From contig JAOZFT010000004.1 in the NCBI GenBank assembly GCA_027492035.1, forward strand, positions 480,001-544,000: a DNA stretch of 64,000 nucleotides. The letters run 5' to 3'. Under the pieces are notes generated by a model. It did no database searches and was not told where the DNA came from. It saw only the letters and a program-made list of their open reading frames with translations. This stretch comes from Thermoproteota archaeon (GTDB lineage: Archaea > Korarchaeota > JAOZGF01 > JAOZFZ01). Below, in pieces: positions 51,172 through 60,053 of this stretch; the first letter of the stretch is position 1; the number at the start of each line of letters is the position of its first letter. The position numbers were made by a program, and so were the translations under genes.

Positions 51172-51582
51172 ATGAGTAAAGGAGTAGATATAACGTTTTT
51201 GAAGGGGGAAAAAATCAAGAGATCTTGTGAAGCAAACTTTTATTCAAAACCTAATTTCTTCGCACAAACAGGGATAGGAAGGGTCTATTTAACAAATAAA
51301 AGACTAATTTTAGCAATGAGGAAATCAAGTTTGAAAAGGTGGTTAGTGATGGGTTTCTTGACATTGTTGTTCAAAAAGGTAATTTATATCCCCCATAGCG
51401 ACATAGTTAATGTTTCTCTAATCAAATCTTTCAAAACAAGTTTGATAGGTCTGACTTTTATAGGTGAAGGAGGGGGGAAAGAAAAAATTTACCTAGAACT
51501 CTCTCTACAGAGTTCAAGAAACAACTTGGAAAAGAAAAGAAAGGAATGGTTTAGGGAATTAAAGAAGATTTCGAAGAATTAA
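51172..51582 (+). CDS. PH/GRAM-like domain protein
   Basis: L.GEKI...CEAN, GRVYLTNKRLIL, IP.SDI..V pattern. Confidence 0.6.
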   Translation: MSKGVDITFLKGEKIKRSCEANFYSKPNFFAQTGIGRVYLTNKRLILAMRKSSLKRWLVMGFLTLLFKKVIYIPHSDIVNVSLIKSFKTSLIGLTFIGEGGGKEKIYLELSLQSSRNNLEKKRKEWFRELKKISKN

Positions 51583-51619
51583 AAATAGCTCTTAAAGACT
51601 CCTTTTTTAACTAATTTTT

Positions 51620-52222
51620 TTAAATGCTTCCCCAAACTTGTTTGAAATACTCCTCTTCAATTTCTCCTACTTTTTTACTTATGAGTAAAAGGCTTGCCTC
51701 ATGGTTCCTAGTCATTGCGTAATAACTAAAATTATGGGAACCTACAATTACAATATACCCGTCAATTATTATTAGTTTATCATGTGTAATTTTTGATTTT
51801 TCATCCCACTTTACATTTACCCCCTCCTTTTCTAACCAATTGTAAGTGTCTTTATTTGGAGCGACAGACCCCTCAAGTATCACTTTAACATCCAACCCCT
51901 CTTCTGATTTATTAATTAAGTACCCAGCCACTATATCTGGTGGTCTTTCAGGGGGTCCAGCTTCGTTGTATGTCTTAAATTCGTAAATAATTATGTGTAT
52001 GGACTTGTTTGCTTTGGAAAGCCAATGTGTTAAATTCAAGAAATAACTTTGGTCATTTAAAACCTTGACTGTAGCGTTTCCGCTGCAGCGTAAGTATTTG
52101 TTTCTGTAACTTAAAGCCTCCTTTTTGAACTCTATAGATTTCTCATAAAAGTAAGCAGTAGTGAACAATAAGAAAAAAACAATCATCAGAAGGAATGAAT
52201 TAAAGGTTTTCCTTCTTGCCAA
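51620..52222 (-). CDS. Membrane-anchored phospholipase D/Nuc-family protein (single HKD)
   Basis: N-terminal TM; HDKLIIIDG....GSHN; N.E. Confidence 0.88.
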   Translation of the reverse strand: MARRKTFNSFLLMIVFFLLFTTAYFYEKSIEFKKEALSYRNKYLRCSGNATVKVLNDQSYFLNLTHWLSKANKSIHIIIYEFKTYNEAGPPERPPDIVAGYLINKSEEGLDVKVILEGSVAPNKDTYNWLEKEGVNVKWDEKSKITHDKLIIIDGYIVIVGSHNFSYYAMTRNHEASLLLISKKVGEIEEEYFKQVWGSI

Positions 52223-52239
52223 AGAAACCCCCCTTTTCC

Positions 52240-53322
52240 TTAAAAGCTCCAGTAATCAGCCAACTTGTTTTTTAATTCATTAAAAACTCTTTCAGCTTTA
52301 TTTAAAACATTTTCAGAAGAAAAAGTTTCCTTTTCAGGAACATTGTAAGGTATGTCTGCCATCACTGACACAGAAGCAAGTAAAGAAGATTTTAAACCTT
52401 TACCGTAACCTCCCTCCAGAGTAGCTGCAAATCTTCCGCTACATTTCTCAACTGCTATTTCCAAACCTTTCTTAAAAGCTAGTTTGTAACCATTCGCTGA
52501 CAAATTCATGTCTGTTATTGGATCAGCTTTATGTGCGTCAAAACCTGCAGAAACAAGTACAAATTGGGGTGAAAACTGTTCAGCAACTGGCAAAATTATT
52601 TCCTCTAAGGCCCTCTCATAAACATCATCTCCTGTCTTTGGTGGGAGAGGTATGTTTATGTTGAATCCCTCCCCCTCATTGGACCCTATTTCGTCTGTGA
52701 AGCCTGTGCCGGGGTAAAGGGTTCTTGGATCTTGGTGAAGACTTATGAATAGAACATCTGGTCGATTATAGAATATTTCCTCGGTTCCATTACCGTGGTG
52801 GCAGTCCACATCCAAAATTAAAACCCTTTTAATTCCTCTATTCCTCACTAAATTCTCAGCAGCTATTGCAATGTTGTTAAATACGCAGAAACCGGCTGTA
52901 GGGGCGTGTAAAGCCTTTCCATTAAAGCCTGCATGATGACCTGGTGGCCTAACTAAAGCAAAACCATTTAAGAACTTCTTTTTCAATATTAAATCCGTTA
53001 ACCCAGTCAATCCCCCTGCTGCATATAATGCAGCTTCAAAACTTCCTGGAGAGACAGGAGTGTCACCGTCAAGATATCCTCCTCTTTCTGTCGTAAATTT
53101 TACAAATTCTACGTAATCTTCCTCATGTACAAGAAGAATATCTTTTAAAGAAGCCTTTTCAGGTTTTTGTAAAGTGCACCCTTTCTCAAAAAAATTTTGG
53201 CTTCCTAATGCATCTAAAGCGTCTATGAGCCTCTTTGGTGATTCAGGGTGAAATGAGCCTGTCTCATGTTTCAGGTAAATTTCATCATAAACTATAGCTG
53301 TTTTTTCCATGTTTAAAAACAC
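52240..53322 (-). CDS. Histone deacetylase / acetoin utilization family deacetylase
   Basis: HPESPKR, RPPGHHA, GFCVFNN, DVDCHHGNGT, SAGFDAH..DP, LEGGY. Confidence 0.95.
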   Translation of the reverse strand: MFLNMEKTAIVYDEIYLKHETGSFHPESPKRLIDALDALGSQNFFEKGCTLQKPEKASLKDILLVHEEDYVEFVKFTTERGGYLDGDTPVSPGSFEAALYAAGGLTGLTDLILKKKFLNGFALVRPPGHHAGFNGKALHAPTAGFCVFNNIAIAAENLVRNRGIKRVLILDVDCHHGNGTEEIFYNRPDVLFISLHQDPRTLYPGTGFTDEIGSNEGEGFNINIPLPPKTGDDVYERALEEIILPVAEQFSPQFVLVSAGFDAHKADPITDMNLSANGYKLAFKKGLEIAVEKCSGRFAATLEGGYGKGLKSSLLASVSVMADIPYNVPEKETFSSENVLNKAERVFNELKNKLADYWSF

Positions 53323-53390
53323 CAGGTAAGAGAAGAAAAATTTTCAGCAACACTCATTTGTGAAAACTAAGGGGTTTTTAAAAATTTTTA

Positions 53391-53502
53391 TCCTCGGGAC
53401 TTCTTATAATAGGGGAGGACTTTTAATTTTAAATGTGCCTAATCCGAGTGGGAAAACCTGTTTTCGGTTTATAAGGTTATGTTGATGACTAGTCTCAGAG
53501 GA
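53391..53502 (+). ncRNA. Candidate structured non-coding RNA of unknown family
   Basis: Hand-folded nested helices spanning the element, several G-U pairs valid only on + strand; intergenic. Confidence 0.5.
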
Positions 53503-53523
53503 AACATTAACTTTTCCTTATGG

Positions 53524-54510
53524 TTAAGGTATTCTCTCCTCTATAACTGAGCCGGTTAATGCAGGCTGGGTTTCATAAACAGGATAATTTAAACTTTTTA
53601 TTCTTTCTAAAACATATTCTTTATTCTTAGGGTCTGTTAATATAAGTACACATCCTCCTCCGCCCCCTCCCGTTAATTTAGCACCTAAGGCACCTACTTT
53701 AGAAGCTGTTTGAACTATTTCGTCAAGTTCTTTCGTGGAAACCCCTATCGACGAAAGTAAACCGTGACTGATAAACATTAACTCACCTAGTTTGCTCCAG
53801 TCTCTTTTCTTTAAAGCTTTCTCACCTTGTAAAGTTGTTTCTTCAATTGCTTCCATTACCTTACCAATTATTTCAGTGTTTCTTTCAAACCTCTCCCTTA
53901 CTTTCCTAATCATTTCTTTTGTTGAGGTTTTCTTCTTTGTCCAAGCTATCAGTAAAGGCATATCTACCCCTTCCTCCAATTTTTTTGTCTCCATTACGTC
54001 CCCGCTCCAAAAAACTTTCACTAATCCGCCATATACTGCACACGCTGGCCCTGTTTTTGAGGCTTTTCCATGAATTTTCTCCTCCACTTCATAAACCCTC
54101 TCCAGTAACTCTTTATTTCTTAGTTCTTTCCCGGTTATGGCTGAAACAGCTTTAAAAATACTTGCAGAAACTGAGGCAGAGCTAGCCATTCCACTACCTA
54201 CAGGCACCTCTGAGGTTATTTTCAAGTTTAGCCCTTTCTTGTACCCTGTTTCATCCAAAAACTTAAGCAATGGGTTTATAAAAACCTTTAAGTCTTTTAA
54301 ACCCTTTATTTCAACTTCTCCATTTCTTTCGTTCGCTTCAATAAATCCTTTAAAATTAACTGAGTAAATTCTTACTTTCTTTTCACTTATTTCTTCAGCT
54401 TCTACTTTAGACCTAATATTTACGCTACAAGCTAAAGCTGGTTTTCTATAAAGTACGGCGTGTTCACCGAAAAGAAAAGCTTGAGAAGGTGAAGAAGCTA
54501 CAACCTTCAT
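53524..54510 (-). CDS. mvk: Mevalonate kinase (GHMP family)
   Basis: LFGEHAVLY..PA, PVGSGMASSAS, HGLL..IGVS, AKLTGGGGGG. Confidence 0.9.
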   Translation of the reverse strand: MKVVASSPSQAFLFGEHAVLYRKPALACSVNIRSKVEAEEISEKKVRIYSVNFKGFIEANERNGEVEIKGLKDLKVFINPLLKFLDETGYKKGLNLKITSEVPVGSGMASSASVSASIFKAVSAITGKELRNKELLERVYEVEEKIHGKASKTGPACAVYGGLVKVFWSGDVMETKKLEEGVDMPLLIAWTKKKTSTKEMIRKVRERFERNTEIIGKVMEAIEETTLQGEKALKKRDWSKLGELMFISHGLLSSIGVSTKELDEIVQTASKVGALGAKLTGGGGGGCVLILTDPKNKEYVLERIKSLNYPVYETQPALTGSVIEERIP

Positions 54511-54583
54511 TTTTCCTTGCCCCTTTGCTCATGAAAAATAGGAGAAAATTAATTTTTAAAACCACGCTACCCTCCAAAAACTT

Positions 54584-55138
54584 ATGAGTCTAAAAAATAT
54601 TAAAATAAAATTTAAAGTTTGGCTTGAGTACGAAGGTGAAGCAGTGCTTGGGAAGGGGGGAGCTTCGTTGCTTAACGCTGTTAAAAAATACAGAAACTTG
54701 GTGAAAGCCGCTAAATATACAGGGATGTCTTACCGTAAGGCATGGTTTTACCTTAAAAGAATGGCTGAAGTACTCCATGAACCTGTGGTTGAAACACGTC
54801 ACGGAGGGTCGGGAGGGGGTGGTGAAACTAAACTTACTGCATTGGGTGAATTTATTCTTCAAAAATATCAGAAATTTGAGAGTTTCATAAAATACGCTTT
54901 AAAGAATTCTTTTCTGTGGACAGGTGTAAGTTTGAGAAGCGAAAAAGTAAACGTTGTTGAGGGTGAAGTTTCTTTTGTGAAAGAGGGGAAGGATGCTGTG
55001 ATGGTTGAGGTGGAGACAAAGTCCCCTGTAACAATTTCATCAATTATAACTGTTGAAGCTGTTGAAGAATTAAAGTTGGAAGTGGGCAGTGAAGTCCAGG
55101 CTTTCTTGAAAGCTACTGAGGTGAACATTACAACTTGA
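54584..55138 (+). CDS. modE: ModE-type molybdate/tungstate-responsive regulator (HTH + one mop/TOBE)
   Basis: LG.G...LL, MSYRKAW, GGSGGG.T.LT, SIIT.EAVEELKL.VG....KATEV. Confidence 0.85.
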   Translation: MSLKNIKIKFKVWLEYEGEAVLGKGGASLLNAVKKYRNLVKAAKYTGMSYRKAWFYLKRMAEVLHEPVVETRHGGSGGGGETKLTALGEFILQKYQKFESFIKYALKNSFLWTGVSLRSEKVNVVEGEVSFVKEGKDAVMVEVETKSPVTISSIITVEAVEELKLEVGSEVQAFLKATEVNITT

Positions 55139-55350
55139 AAGATAGAAAAGTTAGTGCAAGAAACATATTCAATGTAAAGGTAAAAAATATTGAAAAAGGG
55201 GATAACTTGGCTTTAGTAACCTTAAAAACAAAGGAAAAAATTAAAATAAGAGCTTTAATCGACTCCGAAGCCTTTAAAACATTTATTTTAGAGAAAGGTC
55301 AGAAAGTAAAAGTTGTTTTTAAAGCAACTGAAGTTCTTCTTCAATCTTAA
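55135..55350 (+). CDS. Mop/TOBE (molbindin-like) protein
   Basis: VSARN, FKATEV; TTG start overlaps the modE stop. Confidence 0.8.
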   Translation: MKDRKVSARNIFNVKVKNIEKGDNLALVTLKTKEKIKIRALIDSEAFKTFILEKGQKVKVVFKATEVLLQS

Positions 55351-55375
55351 TTTCTTCAAAATTTCCTTTACGACA

Positions 55376-55858
55376 TTAAGCCACTTTCTCAAGCTCTATT
55401 TTTCCCTTTACTTCAGAAACCCAGTATTCTCCTTTCTCAGTTGTTTCTTTCTTCCATATTGGGGTTTCGTTCTTTATTTCGTCAATTATTTCTTCAGCCA
55501 CTTTGAAAGCCTCTTTCCTACATTCAGCCGCAACCAGTATATAAACTATGTCTTCACCGGGGGATAAATCATCTACAACATGTGTAATAAGTATTTCTTT
55601 CACTCCGTTCCTTAAATGTTTCTTCCTTATTTCTTCCAAGCTTTTACTGGCTGACTCCCTATCTGTCTCATAATGGATGCTTTTTAATGGTGAACCATCA
55701 TGTCCAATTCCTCTTACAACCCCCAAAAAAATAACTACTGCTCCACATTTCTTGAAATCTTCCCCCCTTTTTATTTTGTTAAATAGAAGGGTTAAGTTAA
55801 CTTCACCCTTCTTAACTACCTTAACTTTCTCCTCTATTCCTCCATTACCCTTACTCAT
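55376..55858 (-). CDS. moaE: Molybdopterin synthase catalytic subunit
   Basis: GAVVIFLGVVR, R.EAF, IDEIK...PIWKKE. Confidence 0.93.
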   Translation of the reverse strand: MSKGNGGIEEKVKVVKKGEVNLTLLFNKIKRGEDFKKCGAVVIFLGVVRGIGHDGSPLKSIHYETDRESASKSLEEIRKKHLRNGVKEILITHVVDDLSPGEDIVYILVAAECRKEAFKVAEEIIDEIKNETPIWKKETTEKGEYWVSEVKGKIELEKVA

Positions 55859-56312
55859 CTTTCTCTTGCTCTCTCTTAATTTTACTTAAAACTCTTAAAT
55901 TAGTTATTCTGGTTTCAGGGTATTGTCCCTTTTCATCTTTCTCGTACTTTTTCACCATATCCCAGACGGTGAGCAAACCGATTGAGACGCCTACTAGGGC
56001 TTCCATTTCAACACCTGTTTTCGCTACGCCTTTAACCCTAACTTTAACAATTACTTCCTTATCTTCCACCTCCACTTCTGTATGGACGTTTGTCACGGGG
56101 ATCGGGTGGCAGAGAGGAATAAGTTCAGGTGTTTTCTTAACTGCTAAAATAGAAGCTATCTGAACCGAGGACTTTATATTTCCCTTCTCCACTTTCCTAG
56201 ATTTTATTCTTTCAATTGTTTCTTTTTTCAGCCTTATCCTTCCCGTTGCCTCTGCTTCACGGTAAATTTCCTTTTTAGAACTTATGTCAACCATTCTTAC
56301 TTCCTCAATCAA
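55851..56312 (-). CDS. moaC: Cyclic pyranopterin monophosphate synthase
   Basis: MVDISSK, LIPLCHP, TGVEMEAL, WDMVK. Confidence 0.96.
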   Translation of the reverse strand: MIEEVRMVDISSKKEIYREAEATGRIRLKKETIERIKSRKVEKGNIKSSVQIASILAVKKTPELIPLCHPIPVTNVHTEVEVEDKEVIVKVRVKGVAKTGVEMEALVGVSIGLLTVWDMVKKYEKDEKGQYPETRITNLRVLSKIKREQEKDE

Positions 56313-56340
56313 CTTAAAAACACCTCTCCAGTAACTTCCT

Positions 56341-57282
56341 TTATTTAAAGAATGGTTCTCTCCTACTTACTGCTTTTAAAAAAATCATTTTAACCCTTTC
56401 TGTATCTCCTCTCCTTAATTCGTCAATAAACTTAACGTGGTTGTCGTTTCTCATTAAACAAGGTTTAAAGCTTCCGTCACTCGTAACTCTTATTCTTTTA
56501 CAGTATTTGCAGAAACTTGTGTTATGCATAGGTCTAACAATTTCTACAGTTGCTCCATCAGGTAAATAATATTGCTTCCTGTTCTGCATTTCTCTATTCA
56601 CAACCTTCTCGGCTTTCTTCATTAACTCCATTTCAATTTCTTCCATGTCCCAGTGGTATTTCTTAAAGAATTCATTGTTAACATTTATAGATTGAAGTTC
56701 TATTAGTTGAAGAATCACTCCCATATCATGTGAAAACTTTATTGCTTCCTTTATTTCCTTCTCATTTAATCCTTTCAAAACCACCATGTTCACTTTTACA
56801 GGTTTTAACCCAGCTTCAATAGCTTTTCTTATTCCCCTTTTAACTTTCTCGACATCACTGACTGGGTTAAGGCTTCCAGTTATCACTCCATAAACTTTAG
56901 GATCTAAACTAGGCAAACTGACATTAACTCTATCCAACCCATTCCTTTTCAACTCATAAGCTAATTTTTCCAGCAGTAAACCATTTGACACTAATGAGAC
57001 ATCCTTTACTTCCTTAACCGATTTCACTTCCTTAATTATTTCGCAAATGTCCTTCCTTAACAGAGGCTCCCCTCCCGTTATTTTCACTTTATTTATTCCA
57101 TATCCTGCAGCAATTTTAACTATTTCATGGATTTCCTTGGGTGTCAAGTAAGCGTCTTTTGCGTTTAACTGGTCCCCTTCCATGTGACAGTAGATACAGT
57201 TTAAGTTGCATCTCTTGTTTACTGAAATCCTTATATTTGTTAATGGTCTCCCGTAGGGATCTACTAAAACCAATACCTCCAC
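56341..57282 (-). CDS. moaA: GTP 3',8-cyclase (radical SAM)
   Basis: D.YGR, CNLNCIYC, TGGEPLLR, FC..C.R.R.T.DG..KPCL. Confidence 0.95.
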   Translation of the reverse strand: MEVLVLVDPYGRPLTNIRISVNKRCNLNCIYCHMEGDQLNAKDAYLTPKEIHEIVKIAAGYGINKVKITGGEPLLRKDICEIIKEVKSVKEVKDVSLVSNGLLLEKLAYELKRNGLDRVNVSLPSLDPKVYGVITGSLNPVSDVEKVKRGIRKAIEAGLKPVKVNMVVLKGLNEKEIKEAIKFSHDMGVILQLIELQSINVNNEFFKKYHWDMEEIEMELMKKAEKVVNREMQNRKQYYLPDGATVEIVRPMHNTSFCKYCKRIRVTSDGSFKPCLMRNDNHVKFIDELRRGDTERVKMIFLKAVSRREPFFK

Positions 57283-57506
57283 TTCCTTCTTGTAGAAAAT
57301 TCCAGAGAAACTCGGTTTGTAAGGGACATAATTTATTTGTTACAAAAGCTTATCAAGTCTTTCAAAGCTTATAAAAATTTCTCTAACCTCACATGGAGAG
57401 ATAAGGAAAGACAGAAAATTTATAAAAAAGATTTGATGTGGAACCTAGTTTTAAATTTTCAAGGAAAAGACACAAGTCGAGCTATTGTTTACTTCAGGGA
57501 TTAAAA

Positions 57507-59414
57507 ATGAATTTTAAAGGTTATAAGGGGTCCTTTTTAAAGGTTGATTTATCAAGGGGCAAAGTAATTAAAGAAAATCTTGACAAAAAATTTGCGCAAC
57601 TGTATCTTGGTGGTAGAGGATTTAACTCCAAACTTCTTTTCGACAAAGTTAATCCTGCCATAAAGCCTTTCCACCCAGAGAACTTAATAGTTTTAAGTGT
57701 AGGTCCTCTTACTGGAACATTGGCTCCTACATCAGGTAGGTACCACATTTCAGCCAAGTCTCCCTTGACAGGAATAATGGGGTACGGCAACGCTGGAGGT
57801 TTTTTTGGTTCAGAGCTTAAGTATGCAGGGTTTGATGGTTTACTGATCACTGGAAAATCCAAGAACCCTGTTTACCTCTCTATTTGCGACGGTGAAGCTG
57901 AAATAAGGGATGCATCCTTTATTTGGAGCAGAAACACGTTTGAAACCGAGAAACTGGTCAAGGAAAACTTAAGTGACAAAGAAGTCCGGGTTCTTTCAAT
58001 AGGACAAGCTGGAGAGAACCTTGTCAAGTTCGCAGCAGTAATAAATGACAATTTCAGAGCTGCGGCAAGAACAGGTGTAGGTGCAGTGATGGGTTCAAAA
58101 AAACTTAAAGCAATAGCTGTGAAGGGAACAGGTAAAGTGGAAGTAGCCTACCCTGAAAAATTCATTCAAACAGTTGAAGAAACATTTCAAAAAATTTATG
58201 AGGATCCTGCCTACCCCTCTCTTTCAACTTATGGAACCCCTTTCCTGGTTGACTTGGCTCAAGAAAGCGGGGGTTTAGCAACTAGAAACAATCAAACAGG
58301 AGTATTTGAAAAATATGAAGAAATCTCTTCCCACCTTTTCAGAGAAAAAAATGTTGTTAAGTCTGAAGCTTGCTCCGCTTGCCCTATACACTGCGGTAAA
58401 TACGCTAGTGTCAGGGAAGGAAAATATGCAGGAGTTAAGGGTGGAGGGCCTGAATATGAAACAGTGGTTTGTTTAGGTTCTAAAATAGGAGTTGGAAATC
58501 TTGAGGCAATAATGTACTTCAATTTACTGGCTAACATGTATGGTTTAGATACTATTTCACTAGGTGACTCCATCGCCTTTGCGATGGAACTTTTCGAGAA
58601 AGGAATAATCGACGAAAAAGACACTGAAGGTTTAAAACTTACTTGGGGAAACGAAGAAGCAGTTACTGAATTAATAAAGCAAATAGTTTCTAGGGAAAAA
58701 TTCGGGAATATACTGGCTGAAGGAGTGAAGAAAGCAGCTTCAATAATAGGTAGAGGGGCTGAAAAATATGCCTTACATGTTAAAGGTTTAGAGCCTCCAG
58801 CTTACGAAATAAGAACAGCTAAAGCATTTGGTCTAGGTTGGGCTGTAGCTACAAGAGGGGCTGACCATTTAGCAGCCTTGCCTAATTTTGAACTTCTAGG
58901 GTACCCCCCAGAAGTAGGGATTAAATGGTTTGGTACACCAAAAGTGGTAGATCCCTACGCTATTGAGGGAAAACCCTTAATGGTTGTGTGGCATGAAAAC
59001 TTCGCTGCTGCAATTGATTCAGCTATCCTCTGTAAATACTCCACTTTTTCGACTTACGCAGTGAAACCTAAAGACTTAGCTAACCTTTTAACCTTTTCAA
59101 CAGGTTGGAAATACACTGGAAACTTGGTTTTAGAAATAGGGGAAAGAATCTACAATATTGAGAAACTCTTCAATTTAAGGGAAGGTGTAGGGAAGGAAGA
59201 AGATAAATTGCCTTCCCGTTTCACCCATGAACCCCTTCCTGAAGGACCTGGTAAGGGACAAGTTGTTGAACTTGATGAAATGCTGCCCGAATACTACAAA
59301 ATAAGAGGTTGGAATCCTGAAACAAGCTACCCAACACCTGAAAAACTTCGGCAATTAAAATTAATGAAGGAAGGTAGCTTTCTAAACAAAGAAAGGATGG
59401 AAGTAAAGGAATGA
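57507..59414 (+). CDS. aor: Tungsten-containing aldehyde:ferredoxin oxidoreductase family enzyme
   Basis: YLGGRG, KSPLTG, LKYAGFD, GQAGEN, G.GAVMGSKKLKA, C..CPI.C, PEYET, GLDTIS, RGADH, YY..RGW; ATG 57507 preferred as start. Confidence 0.93.
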   Translation: MNFKGYKGSFLKVDLSRGKVIKENLDKKFAQLYLGGRGFNSKLLFDKVNPAIKPFHPENLIVLSVGPLTGTLAPTSGRYHISAKSPLTGIMGYGNAGGFFGSELKYAGFDGLLITGKSKNPVYLSICDGEAEIRDASFIWSRNTFETEKLVKENLSDKEVRVLSIGQAGENLVKFAAVINDNFRAAARTGVGAVMGSKKLKAIAVKGTGKVEVAYPEKFIQTVEETFQKIYEDPAYPSLSTYGTPFLVDLAQESGGLATRNNQTGVFEKYEEISSHLFREKNVVKSEACSACPIHCGKYASVREGKYAGVKGGGPEYETVVCLGSKIGVGNLEAIMYFNLLANMYGLDTISLGDSIAFAMELFEKGIIDEKDTEGLKLTWGNEEAVTELIKQIVSREKFGNILAEGVKKAASIIGRGAEKYALHVKGLEPPAYEIRTAKAFGLGWAVATRGADHLAALPNFELLGYPPEVGIKWFGTPKVVDPYAIEGKPLMVVWHENFAAAIDSAILCKYSTFSTYAVKPKDLANLLTFSTGWKYTGNLVLEIGERIYNIEKLFNLREGVGKEEDKLPSRFTHEPLPEGPGKGQVVELDEMLPEYYKIRGWNPETSYPTPEKLRQLKLMKEGSFLNKERMEVKE

Positions 59415-59911
59415 AAAAGAAAATTCTTGTTGTACAACCGAAAAAATGTGACGGCTGCAAAATTTGTGAATTAATTTGTTCATTTACGCATGAAGGCTTC
59501 TTTTCACCTTCAACATCCAGAATAAAAGTGGTTACTGAAAGGGAGAAAGGATTAGATAACCCCTTTTTCTGTTTACAATGTGAAGAACTTTTTTGCGCCG
59601 AAAAATGCCCCACGGAAGCAATAGTGAGAGATGAAGAAACAGGATTAATTGTTACATTAAAAGAGAAATGTGTAAGATGTGGAGTATGTGTCCAATCATG
59701 CCCATTCCTGGCTGTTTCTCTTCATCCAGACAAAAAAATTCCTATTAGATGTGACCTTTGTGGAGGGGATCCTCAATGCGTCAAGTGGTGCCCAGAAAAA
59801 GCACTCTACTACGTGGATTTCGAAACAAGCTTGTTAGCTGAGAAAAGGAAAAATAAAGATTTTATAGGATACATGAACTTCATTTTTGAAAGGCTTAAGG
59901 GTGCTAGATAA
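59411..59911 (+). CDS. 4x[4Fe-4S] electron-transfer subunit (AOR partner)
   Basis: CDGCKICELIC, CLQCEELFCAEKCP, CVRCGVCVQSCP, CDLCGGDPQCVKWCP. Confidence 0.92.
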   Translation: MKKKILVVQPKKCDGCKICELICSFTHEGFFSPSTSRIKVVTEREKGLDNPFFCLQCEELFCAEKCPTEAIVRDEETGLIVTLKEKCVRCGVCVQSCPFLAVSLHPDKKIPIRCDLCGGDPQCVKWCPEKALYYVDFETSLLAEKRKNKDFIGYMNFIFERLKGAR

Positions 59912-60053
59912 AAAATTCTATTATTAGACTGAAACTTTCCCTTCAAAGGGTTTAAACCAGTTTATGGAGGAGGAAATTTGAGAGTGTTAAAAAATTTAAA
60001 AGTAAATAAGGGTTCTCATTTTTTACGGATTTTTCCAGTAAAGGGGCTTAGCA

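Noticed and set aside
53391-53510. Moco/cobalamin riboswitch, RNase P or SRP identity for the structured element
   Set aside because: Consensus motifs and length do not match, and it is not 5' of a same-strand gene
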